Of a DNA stretch of 64,000 bases, positions 36,708 through 61,144 are shown in pieces (the first letter of the stretch is position 1; each line of letters starts with the position of its first letter). The notes beneath the pieces were generated by a model, which saw only the letters and a program-made list of their open reading frames with translations, ran no database searches and was not told where the DNA came from. Source of the DNA: Neovahlkampfia damariscottae. Taxonomy: Eukaryota. The translations under genes and the position numbers were made by a program. Location of the stretch: the NCBI GenBank assembly GCA_016618085.1, contig JABLTG010000104.1, forward strand, positions 1 through 64,000, given 5' to 3'.

Positions 36708-38276
36708 TTATTCTTTTACTTTTTCATGATCAGCAATCACTGAAGTAACACAACATGTCAATTTTTTTGCATAAGGAATATGAAGAAATTCATTTGGACC
36801 ATGTGCATTACTCATTGGACCCAAAAGACCTGCAATACAAAATTGAGCTTTTGGAAACATTTTTCCAAGTAAACCCATGAATGGAATGGAACCACCTTCT
36901 CCTTGATATCCAACATCTTTTCCAAAGTATGTTTCTGAAGCTTTTGAAAGTGATTTCTTTAACCATTCTTTTGATTCAGGTGCATTCCAACCTGAGTTTG
37001 GTGATGCATTTGTAACTGTAACTTCAGCACCATAAGGAGTATCTGTTGTCAAAATTTGAGTCATTTTTTCAAGTGTTGTATTTGCATCTAATGTTGGTGG
37101 TAATCTCATTGAAATTTTAAGTGTTGTAGATGGTCTTAATACATTTCCTCCGACTAAAAATAAGTTAATAAATTTCTAATGATTAAATACTTTTTGATTC
37201 TGGAATTCCATCTTGTCCTGTTATGGTAATAATCTAAATTTAAAAATTTGTTCATTTTCTTACTGGTCTCCAACATTTATTCAATAAAAGTTCAGTATGA
37301 TCTTCATGCATTGGTTTTCCACCTTTGACAAAAGGAAATTCTTCAAAAATTTCATCTTTTAAAATTTCAGCACATTTTTTTGTTTGTTCCATTCTCTCTT
37401 CAGGAATTTCAACATGGAATTCTTTTGGTAAAACTTTTCCAGTTTTTTCATCTTCTAGACGACTTAATAACATTCTACCAATTCTAAATGTATCTGAAAC
37501 AATTCCACTGGCTTTTCCTGAATGTGCACCTTCATTAATTAATTTAATATTTAAATTTGCAACTAAATTTCCTCTTAATGAAGTTGTAACCCATAATTGA
37601 TCATAATTTGCGCAACCTGAATCAAGACAAACAACTAATGTTGGTTCTCCAATTCTTTCTTTTAATTTTTGAATGTAATATTTCAAGTCAACTGATCCTG
37701 ATTCTTCACATGCTTCAATAATAATTACACACCTTCCGTGAGGAATTTTTTGAAGTTGTAAAGCCTTAATAGCCAAAATTGAAGAAAAAATAGCATATCC
37801 ATCATCAGCACCACCTAAAATACACTTAATAATTGCTACTGTTTCTAACCTCTTCCATAAAGTTTGTCATCAATTATAACTGGTTTATAAGGTCCTTTGT
37901 CTTCATCCCAACCATCAAAAGGAGGTTGCTTATCCAAATGTCCATATAACAAAATAGTTGGAGCGTCTTTATTTGTACCTTCAACTGTCATATAAACTAA
38001 AGGTGTTCTTCCTTTGTCTTTAATAATTTCGATTTCAGAGTTTAACAATTCTTGTTTTTTTGCCCATCCTACAAGTAAATCAACAGCTTGTTCTTGAAGT
38101 CCATTTGTTTCCCAATCTTTATCAAAACCAGGAGATACATTTGGTATTTCTATTCGTTACAAGTTTTAATAATTCAAAAGAGTACCAATATATGTTTTTA
38201 AAGTTGGTATAACTGTTTCTTCGAAATTCTTTTCAACAAATTTTTCTAATTCTTGTTTGTTTATTGCTTCACACAT
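36708..38276 (-). CDS. M20 family metallopeptidase/dipeptidase
   Basis: LYGHLDKQP, YGRGGADDG, ACEESGS, CLDSG, GGSIPF, NAHGPNE; four introns. Confidence 0.92.
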
Positions 38277-38336
38277 TAATTTTTGATTAAGTAAAAAACT
38301 AAATGATTGGTTGACCAACCGAAAATTTTATTTTAT

Positions 38337-39763
38337 TTATTGAGGTTGAACATAAAAATTAGCTTCAAATTTATTCATTTCTTCATTATTTGAGTGAACA
38401 GGTTTAATATAATTCAATTCAATATTGAACATTCCTTTTAAAATGAATTAGTTTTAAAAATAGAATTTTACCAAGAGTAAAGACTAAACCAATTCCAATA
38501 GTCGCATACATTCCATTGATAAAATCTTTAAAGAATTGTTTTTTATCTGTGAATGAAATTGAATTTTCATTTGAAAAGAAATTTTCAACTGAAGAAGTAT
38601 TCAAAAATGTATGAAGATGTAATCCAAGAAATTGAAAAATTTCATGGAAACGAATTGGACAAAGTAATCTAATTAAAGTAGAAAATGAAAAATTACCACC
38701 TTTTCCATCTTTTTTTTCCATATCTAAACCAGTACCTTTTCCTCTTACTTGTGGATAAAATCTATCAACAGCCGATACTTTTTTATCTTTATCTAAAGGA
38801 ACAGTAATTCCTGATTCAACTTTAAACTCCAATGTAAAATATTTAAAGATATCAATAAATTTTTGAGTAATAATGTTTGATTGAAAATGATTAACATTTC
38901 CACCTAATCCAGCTAATGAATTTGTCATTTTAAAAAAGTATCCTGATTTTGAAGATGTTCTTTTGTTTAATGTATAAACATGTGAAATTGATGATTTTAT
39001 ACTTTTTCCAATTTCAATTGAAGCAGGTAATAAAAATGTTGATGTAAGATTATCTGAAATTAATTCTTCAACATTTCTATGAGCAAATTCATATGCAATT
39101 TGATGTCTATTCTTTAATAAATTAACACCAATTGAATTTCTTTTTTGTTGTAAAATCCATTCATTTGAATTTTTTTTCTTCAAAAATGGTATTTTATCAA
39201 ATAAATTTGCTGTAAATTCTAAATCAAATTTTCTTTGAAATGGAACATAATATTTTGATTCAAAACCAATATCATTTAAGTTTGTACCAACATTACATCC
39301 AAGTGTAAAATTATCTGCAAGTCCAACAATGTTTTGAAATACCATATCAAATTTCATTTTAGTTTTTAAAGTTTTCATATCTCTTTCAACACTTGCTCCA
39401 AATTTTTTGAATTTTTTATTTGTTTCATTGACTAATATATTGATAGTAACTTCATCTAAATCATCATCATAATCTAAAAAAATGTCGCATTTCTTGAAAA
39501 CATCAATTCTGTTTAAATTTATTAATCCTTCTTCTAAAGCATCATCTAAATCTTTGATATTTTTAACGTCTGATAATTTTGGAAATGAACTGGTTACTAC
39601 ATACTTTCTTGTTGAAGTTAAACCAAATACTTTCATATCAGTTATTTTTATTTCTTTTTCTGAATTTTCTATTTTTTTTTTTTTTGTTAAAAATTTGTTG
39701 GGTATTACCAGGATGGATTTTTGTTGAGTTGTGAATTGGTGATGGAAATTTATGACTGTCCAT
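38337..39763 (-). CDS. SAM50: Sam50/Omp85 beta-barrel assembly protein
   Basis: POTRA-like GLTSTR; KSSISH; LAGLGGNV.H; DRFY...VRG; IGIGLVF; two introns. Confidence 0.75.
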
Positions 39764-39847
39764 TTTACTTCAACGTTTAAGTTTTTGATTTGTTTAACCA
39801 ATCAAACAACTTGAAAATTCAAAATATTTTTAAAAATAAAAATAGTT

Positions 39848-40882
<1,035 letters not shown>

Positions 40883-40967
40883 TGATAAGAAAAAAACAAA
40901 CAAATCAGTTATCCAATCAATTCATCAGGTTCAAATAATTTTTGAACCAAAAAAAAAACTGAAAAAA

Positions 40968-41388
40968 ATGTCAAAAAAATTATCAACTAATACACGAGGA
41001 TTAGCTGTAAAATTTAATTTTTAATATTTAAAATTCAAAATAGTTCATGAAACAGGGAAAAGAAAAAAAAATTTTGGAAGAATTATCAAAAGAAACAAAA
41101 ACTAAAGAATCAGAAGAACATTGGATAAATCCAAACTTTAAAAAAACTTATAATGTACCAAATAAAGTCATAATAGAAGACAAAAATCCATCTTTTTTGA
41201 GAATAAATGACTCAGAAGCCGGAAGAAAAACATTTGGTGATGTAAAAAAGAATAAAAAAATGTTTGAGTATTCAGATAAATTGAATTTGAAAACTACTAC
41301 ATCAACTAGATTGGTAAATCAATTTGAACCAAAAAAAAGAAAAAATGATTCAAAAGAAGGAAAAAATAAAAAACAGAAAAAAAAATAA
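40968..41388 (+). CDS. Exosome cofactor MPP6-like
   Basis: Spliced KLSTNTRGLA-FMKQG...EEHW...GRKTFG matches the MPP6 motif pattern; basic C-terminus. Confidence 0.6.
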
Positions 41389-41455
41389 AATAATTTGAAT
41401 AATGAAAAATGATGAAAAATGATGTTAAATAATAATTGAATTCCCACCAATCACA

Positions 41456-42180
41456 ATGATTCTTTATAGTTTAATTTCTTCACAGACTGAGGTCATTTCT
41501 GATTATCCAAAAAACGCAAAATCATTATCAGATTTAGTAAAAAGTGTTTTGGAAAAGATACCAACAAATGTAGAACATAAACATACATATCAACATGATA
41601 ACTATAACTTAAATTATAAATGTAAATTTTTTGGAAACGGGAATTAATATTTGACAAAGGTAACGGTCATTTTACATATTTTTGTTTGACATCAGATGAT
41701 TTTCCTTTGAGAGTTACATTTTCTTTTTTGGATGATTTAGAAACAAATCATATGAGAACAAGAACAACTCAAAAAAATTTTTCTTCTTTGATAAAAGATA
41801 AAATGGCCCATTTTAATAATTTAGATCATGATTCAATTTCTGTTTTAAAAAAAAAAGTCGATGATACAAAAGAAGTGATGTTGGAAAATATTGATAAAGT
41901 AATTTCAAGAGGAACTGATTTAGATGAATTAGTTGAAAAAACTGAAAGTATATCTGTAAAATCAAAGAAGTTTTCAAAGGATGCGAAAACTTTGAAAATT
42001 GTAATTTATTCATTTTCATTTTAATTTTATAAGAAAACAATGTATAGAAATATTGTTTTTGTCACTTTTTGTATTATTTTTACAATTGTTTTAATTGCTA
42101 TTGGTATTTTTGTACTTATTTGGATTCTTTGTGGATTTCCTGATTTCTATAGATGTGAAAAACTGTTCACAAAAAAATAA
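41456..42180 (+). CDS. VAMP7-like longin R-SNARE
   Basis: Longin domain, VMLENIDKVISRG R-SNARE motif, C-terminal TM ending LCGFP.F..C; two introns. Confidence 0.9.
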
Positions 42181-42223
42181 ATCACAACTTAATTTTTTTA
42201 TCCAATCATTTTCTTTTTTTAAA

Positions 42224-43539
42224 ATGTACAAACAGTTTAAGAATACTGTATTCAATCATAAAAAATCCATATTAGGTGTATGTTTATTTGGTTTCTTTTT
42301 GAAAACAAAAATAAATTTTAAAGCACAAGAGAAAATAACAAAAAAATTATATGAATTTGATGTTGAAAGAGAAAGTTTGAGAAATTTAATGGAAAGATTA
42401 TCACGCTTTCATAAAAAATCATCTAATATTATGGAAATTAAAAATATTTTTAAATGGATTTCTTCTGTTTTACAAGACTATCCTGTTAATATTGAAATTA
42501 TTGAAGAATCAAATTTCCCATCAATGTAATTGTTTTAGAGAATTTTAAAAGTTCATTTTAGGGTTATAACATCACAAAAAACTTTAAAACCAAAATTATT
42601 TTTAGTTGCTCATATTGATCCACCTCAAAATGAAGTAACTTTCAATAAAAAAAGTGGATTTGATCAAAGAATGGCTGTAGCATGTTATTTATTATTATTT
42701 CAAGAATTAGGTGAAAGATTATCTCAATATGATATCGGTATCATGTTGACATCAGATAAAATTTTAACATCAGAAGGAACTAATTATCTATTGGATGAAA
42801 AAGGATATTCATCATCATTTGCATTCATACCAGGTTCGAAATTTAAAAGAAAATACTAAAAAAAAATATGAATTTAGATGGTAAACCAAATTGGCATGTT
42901 GAAGAAATACCAAAAGGAATTTTACAATTACAATTAATTTCCAAAGGAATTAGTTCACATTCTTCTAGACCTTTAGAAGGAAGTAATGCAATTTTAAAAT
43001 TAGTTGAAACAATAACTGAAACAGAGTCATTTTTAAAAGAGAATAATGCTTCATTACATATTCAAAAATTTGTATGATTTTAAACACTCCAATTTAATTA
43101 TTCTTTTTTTTAGGTTGGAGGAAAAAGTTGGAATCAAGTTCCTCCTTATGCTGAAGCAGTATGTACAATTAATTGTCATAAAAAAGGGAATAATAAAGAT
43201 ATGATATTAAAGAAAATGAATGAAGTTACTGAAAAATTTGACGGTGATGTTCAAATTAATGTAATTTCAATATCAAAACCTGAAATACATCAAAATATGA
43301 AAGAATTTGATGAATTTAAAAATATTGCAAAAAAGAAATACAATATTGATATAAAACCTGCAGTGTCTCATTTTTCATCAGATTCAAAATATTTTGAACA
43401 ACATGGGATTCCTGCTTTAGTTGTGGCACCAAAAGAAGGATACATCAATGATATGGAAAAAATTGATATGAATGATTTAACAAAATACTATAAGGTATTG
43501 AAATTATGGGTTGAAAAAGTGGGAAAAAAATTAGACTAA
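42224..43539 (+). CDS. ArgE/DapE-like M20 homolog with degenerate active site and presequence-like N-terminus
   Basis: LVAHID, KGISSHSSRP..G.NAI, GG..WNQVP, SDSKYF...GIPALV; three introns; stop codon lies in the MITE TIR. Confidence 0.75.
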
Positions 43540-43978
43540 CATATAATTGGTCGTCTCTTATGAATAAACATAAGTTCTCGTGTTGGAATACTGTGGTTAT
43601 TTTTTTCTCTCTTTCTTATTCATCAACAGAACTCTTTAAAATCACTTTGTAATAAATACCATCTTTAATTTAAAGGATATTTAGAAATGTCTTTCTAATT
43701 ATCAAAAAGATTTTCTTAACAATTACAAAGAAATAAACCTTTCATTTGTTTGCAGACTTTTCATTCAACAGATTGAAAATATCAGAGAAATAAATCAGTT
43801 GGCTACTAAAGGAAATTTTTTTGGGGCGTCTTCAAAAACTAACAAAAATAAACCTGGAAATAATATACAAAGGATGGACTTTCCGGGTTGCAACTGTTGT
43901 GGCCAATCAGAGAAATGGAAATACCAATGGTAAATACTGATGATAAAACTATAAGAGACGACCAATTAGAAGTCAGTC
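43534..43978. mobile_element. Non-autonomous TIR element (MITE), Tc1/mariner/IS630-like
   Basis: 28-bp TIRs at 43534-43561 and 43951-43978 (25/28 identical, inner 18 perfect: TAATTGGTCGTCTCTTAT). TA on both sides (43532-33, 43979-80). No transposase ORF. Confidence 0.85.
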
Positions 43979-43989
43979 TAAATAAATTT

Positions 43990-53843
<9,854 letters not shown>

Positions 53844-54049
53844 ACTTGATTCTCCTTTTTCTTGGTCCAATGAAATGTCTCAAAATTTTGGATTCTTAAA
53901 AAAACCTTCCAAAATTGGGTGGTATTCAAATAAAATACAAATTGTTTATCCTTTTTTTCTTAACCGATTTTCCTTCCAATCGGAATGTTTTTAAAGTGAA
54001 TAAAAATAACCAATAGGAAAGTCAATTTTTTGCCACTTCAAAAAAAAAA

Positions 54050-54445
54050 ATGGGAAGAAGAGGAGGTTCAAGCTCAAGAAGTTCAAGTCCAAGAAGAGCA
54101 CCAGCTCCATCAAGAAAATCCGCACCACCACCAAAACCAGTACAAAAAACTACAGCACCTCAAACACAACAATCAGGAGGACAATCAATGGCTGGAAATA
54201 TTGCAAGTTCAATGGTTGGTTCTTTTGCTGGAAATTATCTTGCACGTAAAATGTTTGGTGAAGGTGACGAACAAGTTGATGATGGAAATTTAAATAACAA
54301 CCAAAAAGAAACAATTCCTGATGTTTGTAAAATTCAATATAATAATTTCATGGATTGTGCAAGAGAAAGAGGTGATGATATATCACAATGTCAATTTTAT
54401 TTTGACACATTCAATCAATGCAAATTGAAAAATTTCGAACAATAA
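54050..54445 (+). CDS. CHCHD2/CHCHD10 (Mix17)-like mitochondrial IMS protein
   Basis: R/S/P-rich N-terminus, hydrophobic MAGNIASSMVGSFAG, twin Cx9C. Confidence 0.85.
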   Translation: MGRRGGSSSRSSSPRRAPAPSRKSAPPPKPVQKTTAPQTQQSGGQSMAGNIASSMVGSFAGNYLARKMFGEGDEQVDDGNLNNNQKETIPDVCKIQYNNFMDCARERGDDISQCQFYFDTFNQCKLKNFEQ

Positions 54446-54504
54446 ATCCTGCTAATTATTTTAAACCAATTGAATCTTGCCAAGTTTTTTTCACAACGGT
54501 AAAA

Positions 54505-55142
54505 ATGAGAGTGTTATGTTTATTCTTGATCAGTTGTTTAATTTTATTAACTGTTTCACAAAAAATCCCTTCAAAAGAAGAATGTCCATCTGACGCAACA
54601 GCCTTTGTTAATTCACCTGCCGCAACACAAATGTGGGTAAGAATCTTCTTTTTTCACATTGGTAGAGTTCAATAAAAGATGGTAATTTAAATTCCATTCA
54701 AGATGCTATTAAAAATACTCCTTGTCTCGTACATGTTCGTAGTGAAGATGGAAGAGGTTTTTCTTTTTATTTATTTTAAAAAAAAAAGGACCCCTCTTTT
54801 GGGCTTATGAATTCAATAAACCAGGTAACTTTAAATCATTTTATTAAAATAAAAAGACATAATCAATTTCTTGATCACTAATGGTTGTGAAGAAAATGAA
54901 AGAGATGTTTCTGGAAAACTTCCAAAAGATCTTCAACCTTCTATTGGACTTAATTTCAAACCAGGAAGAGGTTTTATTTTTTTATTCTAAATTTTGAATA
55001 AGACATCAATGGACTTCCAAAACATTTAAGGGATGATAGTAAACCAAAACAACCATCAGAAGAAGAAGAAATGCAAAGATTAGCAAAGGAAAGAATGGAA
55101 AAAATGAAAAAACAACTCAATGAAGAAAATGATGAATTGTAA
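54505..55142 (+). CDS. ER-lumenal ankyrin-like protein (signal peptide, C-terminal NDEL)
   Basis: Four introns give MRVLCLFLISCLILLTVS...HVRSEDGRGPLFWAYEF...RDVSGKLPKDL...EENDEL*. Confidence 0.75.
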
Positions 55143-55196
55143 ATTCCGTTAAAAAAATATAATAAATTTTATCCAATAACAATCATCCATTTTTTT

Positions 55197-56635
55197 ATGA
55201 GCCAAGACAAAGACGAAGAAAAAACAAAATACTTTGTTGCGAATTATGATGAAAATAATCCAATTATTCAACTAAAGGATAAAGCCGAGTGTTTGGAATT
55301 CATAAAAGTATCCGTTTTTTCGTTTTAAATTCATAGTTTACGACCCAGCAAGATGAACAAGAAATTTTGAAAGTCACTTTGACTTTGAAAGCATTGGAAG
55401 AATATAAATCTACCACTTCTTTACAACAATTGAATTTAGCATCGTTTTTTATTTTTGACGAATTAGTCATGAGCGAAGAAGAAATGTTCGTCAAAAAATT
55501 TACAACTCTTGATCCTGCGGATGAAGAATCTATTCAATTGAAGGAGTGCATAATATCAGACTCTCAAAAGCTTGCTCTTGAAAATGACGAAAAATTGAAA
55601 TCAATAATTCCAGTTCCTGAATTATCAGAAGTAGAAGCAGAAGCAGAAGAAGAGAAATTAAGTCAAAAAGATGAAATTTTGGAATATTTTGAATTGAAAA
55701 CAAATACACAATCATCAAATACTTCAAGTGATTTAGGATTAACTTCTCAAAGAGCAGAAGTTTTGATTGAAAACATTGACAAAGAAATTGAATTTCATAT
55801 ATCACCTGGACAACCTGTTGTTAGTTCACTTGATAAAATGGAAATCATTTATGGACCAGAGGAAGAAGAAGAATTTTCAGAAGAAGATTTAATATCAGAT
55901 CATGAAAAAATAGGGAAAGAGGAAGTGAAAAAGAAAAATGAAGCCACTCAAACTATAGGTGATGATATAGAAACAGAAATTGAAGATGATGAAAAAATAG
56001 AATATGTGAATAATGGAAATGATAAAATGAATAATTCTGATTTTTCAATGTTACATGGAGCAACAGATGATGATGATAATGAATCGTTTAAAGAAGGATT
56101 TATTTTTCAACCCGTAGGTTTAACTGGAGATTCAAGTGCAGAAATTTTATCGTCTGATATTTCTGATGAAGATTTTGGGACCCCAAAAAAAAGAAAGAAA
56201 CAACCATATGAAAATTTATTAAAACATTCTTATACACCAAGAAAAACATCAAAAAATAGACATTCAATGATTTTTAAAAATTTTGTTGAAAAAATACAGG
56301 GAAACACAAGAAAAAATGAAGAAATTGTTTTGGAAGAACAAAAGAAATATATTGAATATTCCACTCATAAAATTATTTCACCTGCTCAAACACCAACAAG
56401 TTCAATTCTTATTAGAAAAAATGAGAGATTAATTCACAGTGATGAACCAAGAAAAAGAAAAATTCGAAATGAAATGGAAGAAGAAGAACATGTAACAAAG
56501 AAAATCAAATCATCACAACCCAATAGAACAGTGAGAAGAAATGTTGAAAAAAAATCAAATGTGCAAACCACAAACTCCAAACCAAAAACATCAAATACTC
56601 AAAAATGGTTAAATTTTTGTAAAAAGAATAAATAA
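55197..56635 (+). CDS. Hypothetical acidic/basic disordered nuclear protein
   Basis: 29-nt intron 55308-55336 joins the first exon to the 55367 ORF; PKKRKK NLS-like motif. Confidence 0.6.
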
Positions 56636-56639
56636 TTTA

Positions 56640-57122
56640 TTATTTTTTTCTTTTTGTTTTTTTTTTGTTTGTTTGTCTGTTTTTTGAATTTGTTGTAGCT
56701 TCTGGTTTTTGTCGACTTTGTAATTGAGGAATTAACTTACCAGCAGCAAGTAAAAATTCTTTTTCTATTTTTAAATATTAAAATTAATGAATCAATAATT
56801 ACTTGTTTTAAATTCTGAAACTGGTTTTCCTTCTTCTTTCAGTAATACTCTCACTCTTCCTTCAGAAAAAAAATCTTTTGGATATTGTTTTTTGTTTTCT
56901 AATACACACTTTAATTTGTAATGAACACATATATCAAATATTTCTTTTGTTGTTGGTTTTTCTACAGAAAACTCTATTGGAATTCTCCTTCCTTTTTTTT
57001 TAAAATTAAAAAGGTTCAAAAAAAAACAAACCTTCTGAAGTTTTTAAATTTTTATCAATATAAGCAGGGTATATAATTTGATAATGTTTTATCTCTTCTT
57101 CTGTCAACTTTTTTGAGCTCAT
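56640..57122 (-). CDS. SRP19: Signal recognition particle 19 kDa protein
   Basis: IYPAYIDK..TSEGRRIP...K.YPKD...GRVRV; two introns. Confidence 0.93.
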
Positions 57123-57224
57123 CTTGAATTTGATGCAAAAAAAATGTACGTGGGTAAAAACGATTGGACAAAAATAATTTATTCATTTTTTTTATTTTAA
57201 TTTTTTTTTGTAAATTTATGTGAT

Positions 57225-58282
57225 TTACACATTTTTTAAGAAGAATTTTAAAATATCTGAAACTGATACAATACCAATAACCCTAGCATCATCATCCATA
57301 ATTAACAACCTATGAATTCTTGATTTTGAAAGATGTCTGATTATATTTTCAAATGTCTCTGTTTGAACACATGTATAAACAGGTATCTTTTGAAAATATT
57401 AATTTTTTTTTTCTTTTTTTTACTTTTGGTTTTTCTTTCAAAGCTTCTTCAATAGTTTGACCAACATCAAAATCTTTTGTCATATAAAGAACATCTGTCC
57501 TTGAATAAACATCAATTACTGATCCCTTTTCATTTACAATTGGTACAGCAGATATAGTATATTGACTAAACATTGAAATGACGTCAAAAACTTTATCTGT
57601 AGGTTTGGCTGTTTTTATTTTCGCATAAGTACCAATTCCAAGTTCAAGTAATGATTTTTTAAAAATAGGAAGTTGATCATTAATCTGTTTCAATTTTTTA
57701 GTTGAACACTTTTTTTTTTTTTTTTTTACTTTTTTCATTAAATAAGACAAAATTAAAGCGTGTGTTAAAATATGTAAAATACATCCATCTGATACAACAG
57801 GTGCTCTTCTTATACCCTTTTTATCAAAAAAAGTAATAACACTCATTAAACTTTCATCAGGTGACAATTGTAATAATTGTTCTGGTCTATTTCTTGTTCC
57901 AATTTCTCTCCATTTTCGTATTGTATTGTTATGTATTAATTCTTTAATTACTTTTGGTTCTTCATGATAATGATACAAAACATCAATTAAATCAGTTACA
58001 GTTAAAACACCACATATATTCTTTGTTTTTCCATCCCATAGTACAGTAAATTGTAAATCTTTTTTTTTTTTTTATTTTTTGTTAATTCTTACGTTCTTCT
58101 GCTGCCAGTCTAAATGCTTCTTTTACTTGTGTATCTATATCAAAAACCACAACTTTATTTGAAGCAGGCATCATGTCATAACAAGTGTGTTCTTTTAAAA
58201 AATCAATAATCGGCTTCAGTAATTGTTTTGGACTTGTTTCTTCTTCTAATTGAAAAACTTCATTTTCATCGTCATCAAACAT
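57225..58282 (-). CDS. AMPK/SNF4 gamma subunit (four CBS domains)
   Basis: HTCYDMMPASNKVVVFD, LWD...GVLTVTD, LGIGTY, ISAVPIV, RIHRL; three introns. Confidence 0.92.
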
Positions 58283-58415
58283 TTGTTGTTCTGTTTGAAA
58301 AAATAAAATAATATTATTGGTTAAAAAAAAGACTCCAATTTAAAATTTGTAAAATAATTTAAGAAACTGAATTTTAAATTTTAAATTTAACAAGTTCTAT
58401 CTCTTTGATTGGTTG

Positions 58416-59111
58416 ATGAATGAAACATATAACGAGTTGGTTGAACATTTACTGAAGAAGACCAAAGACCAAAATTCAAATAAATATTTTGTAGGAATTG
58501 CAGGATCTCCTGGTTCAGGAAAATCAACTATTTCTTTAAAAATTTTAGAATTATTGAATAAAAAAAATCCAAATATTTGTGGAATAGTTGGTATGGATGG
58601 GTTTCATTTTTATAAAAGTGAACTTGATAAAATGGAAAATGTAGAATATGCTTATAGAAGAAGAGGATCACCTTTTACATTTAATTCACTTGCTTTTTAC
58701 AATACACTTTTGAATTTAAAAAAAAACAACTCAGGAAAAGTGCCTTCATTTGATCATAAATTAGGTGATCCAATTGAAGAAGATATTACAATAACAGAAG
58801 AGTAATCATTTTATATTTTAAAAAAAGAAAGGAATAAGATTATTATAGTGGAAGGAAATTACTTATTTCTTCAAGAAGGAAATTGGAAAAAGATATCAAA
58901 CTTTTTTGATGAAAAATGGTTTATAAAAGTTGATATTGACATTGCAATGGAAAGAGTTCGAAAGAGACACTTGGAAACAGGATTGACAAATGAGCAAGCA
59001 TTATTCAGAATTGAAGATAATGATAAAATCAATGGAATTTTGATAAATGAATCCATTAAATCATTTAAAGTTGATAAAATTATTGAATCAAAAAATGAAG
59101 AAATAAAATGA
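58416..59111 (+). CDS. P-loop kinase, YFH7/uridine kinase-like
   Basis: GIAGSPGSGKST, MDGFH, RRGSPFTF, VEGNYL; one 30-nt intron. Confidence 0.88.
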
Positions 59112-61100
59112 TTATAACTTTGAATTTAATTTACCAATCCATTTGAAAGGAACATCAATTGGAATATCCAATAACATTTGAGCTAAACATTTTCCTTGAC
59201 GATCAACTCTCAAACTTTCAAGTCCACCACCTCCCAATGATCTTGAACAAACAAAATTAAATGCATTAATACCAGGTAATTCATATCTAATTATTTTTCC
59301 ATCAATTACATGTTTCATATATTCATAAACTACTTCAGAAGTCAAAACATTTTTCAAAAATTCAAAATATTCTGTTTCTCTTGCTATAATTCCAATATTT
59401 GCATTGTCACCTTTATCACCACTTCTACCTAATGCCAATGTTATTAATGGTACTTTTATCGTTTTTTCTTTTGTTTTGATATAATTTGATGATGGTTTTG
59501 AAATTGCAAATGATTCAATTGTTGTTTCTCCTAAATATGGATAAAGTGATGTTAAATTAAAGTTTGATCCAACTGAAATAGAAATTGGTACTGATTCTTT
59601 TGAACATAAAACAGATGAATATTGTACTTTTGGAGATATTTTTGGTCTACCACCTCCAGAACCTGATATTCCAGGTGCCATTCCTGTTGCTGATGGAGCC
59701 ATTTCTTTTGCAAAAATACCTAATGCCTTTGGATTTTTATGTGAAACTGTTATTCTTAAAATAATTTCCCTTGAATGTAAAGTTCTTGAATGTGGACCAT
59801 AAGTTGTTTCTGATCCAATTACTTCAATATTATAATCATCAAAATCATCTAAACCGAATACGGATAATAATTTTCTAACCTTTGATAAAATTGAATAAGC
59901 TACTGCTTTTGCTTTCTTTTCAGCATCAATTCCACCAATCATTAAAGATCCACTTATCATAAATCCGTCTTGATATGTTAAAGAAACTTTATATGAATTT
60001 GTAGGTGCTCTCCCTCTAAAAAAATTTAGTTTTAAAGTTAAATTCGAAACCTTGCTCTAGAAACAAAAACTCTATTCTTTTCAATTTGTTTCAATGTTAC
60101 TTGTGTAAAATCTAAAATTACATCAGGTAAAATATAATTTGCAGGATCATGAATTTCATAAACCATTTGTTCACCAACAGTACCTATAAATGAACAAAAA
60201 CTCAAAATATTACCTGTTGTTACGATTCCTCCTGTTTTTTCAGGTTTTGTTACCTATGAGATATTAATATGAATTGAAAATCATACAACGAATGTTCCAT
60301 CAGGTTTACATTCAACAATTGGAAAACCAATATTATCCCAACCTTCTTTGAATGATTTCTCCCAATCTGTGAAATTCCCACCTGTACATTGACATCCACA
60401 TTCAATAATATGTCCTGCCAACGAACCTGAAGCCAATAAATCATAATCTGTTGATTTCCATCCAAATTCATACATTAATGGTGCCAAAACAAGTGCAGAA
60501 TCAACACATCTTCCAGTGACAATGACATCAGCGCCTTCAATTAAAGCTTGAACAATTGGAATTGCACCAAAGTACGCATTAGCACTCATAAATTTATTAA
60601 CTTTTGGTATTTTTTCTTCTTCTATTAATGAAAATGCATTTATATTCATATTTTTAATTGTATTGGTAATATCATCCCCATAAATAGCAGCTACTTTCAC
60701 TTTGAAACCAGATTTTTCAGAAATATCTTCTATTGCCTTTTTACATGCTAATGGATTCATTCCACCTTTGAAGTTTAATCTTTTAGTTTCTTTTCTTACC
60801 AGCATTTGTGATAACTTTTATTTTTTTTTTCATTATTGTCTTTATCAAAGGTTTCCAAACAGATGTTACAAATTCCGAGATATAACCACCTTCACCCATT
60901 CCATCAGATTTTTTATTTTTTAATTTTGCAAGAATACCCATAGTCACTTCTGATAAATAATCACCAACTAAATAATCAACATTTCCTTGTTTGACTAATT
61001 GATGAGCACCTGTAGAAGTATCACCCCAAAATGCAGACCAACTTTTTGATTAGAAATAATTTTATTTTTTTTACCAACCAATTTTCACAAGTTCTTTCAT
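59112..61100 (-). CDS. Acyclic terpene utilization AtuA family protein (DUF1446)
   Basis: IGCWSAFWGD, DYLSEVTM, NAGGMNP, SANAYFGA, GHIIECG.Q.TGGN, YEIHDP, RSGDKGD, DRQGK; five introns. Confidence 0.9.
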
Positions 61101-61144
61101 TGATGGTTTTTTCTTCAATTTTGATTTTATTGGTCAAATCAAAA

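Noticed and set aside
43562..43950. Transposase or Fanzor remnant inside the MITE
   Set aside because: No recognisable DDE/RuvC peptide, and no visible similarity to 364-466.
55308..55336. Intron starting GTATCCGTT, similar to the U12-type donor RTATCCTT
   Set aside because: Mismatch at +7, no CCTTAAC branch site and only 29 nt long; likely chance.
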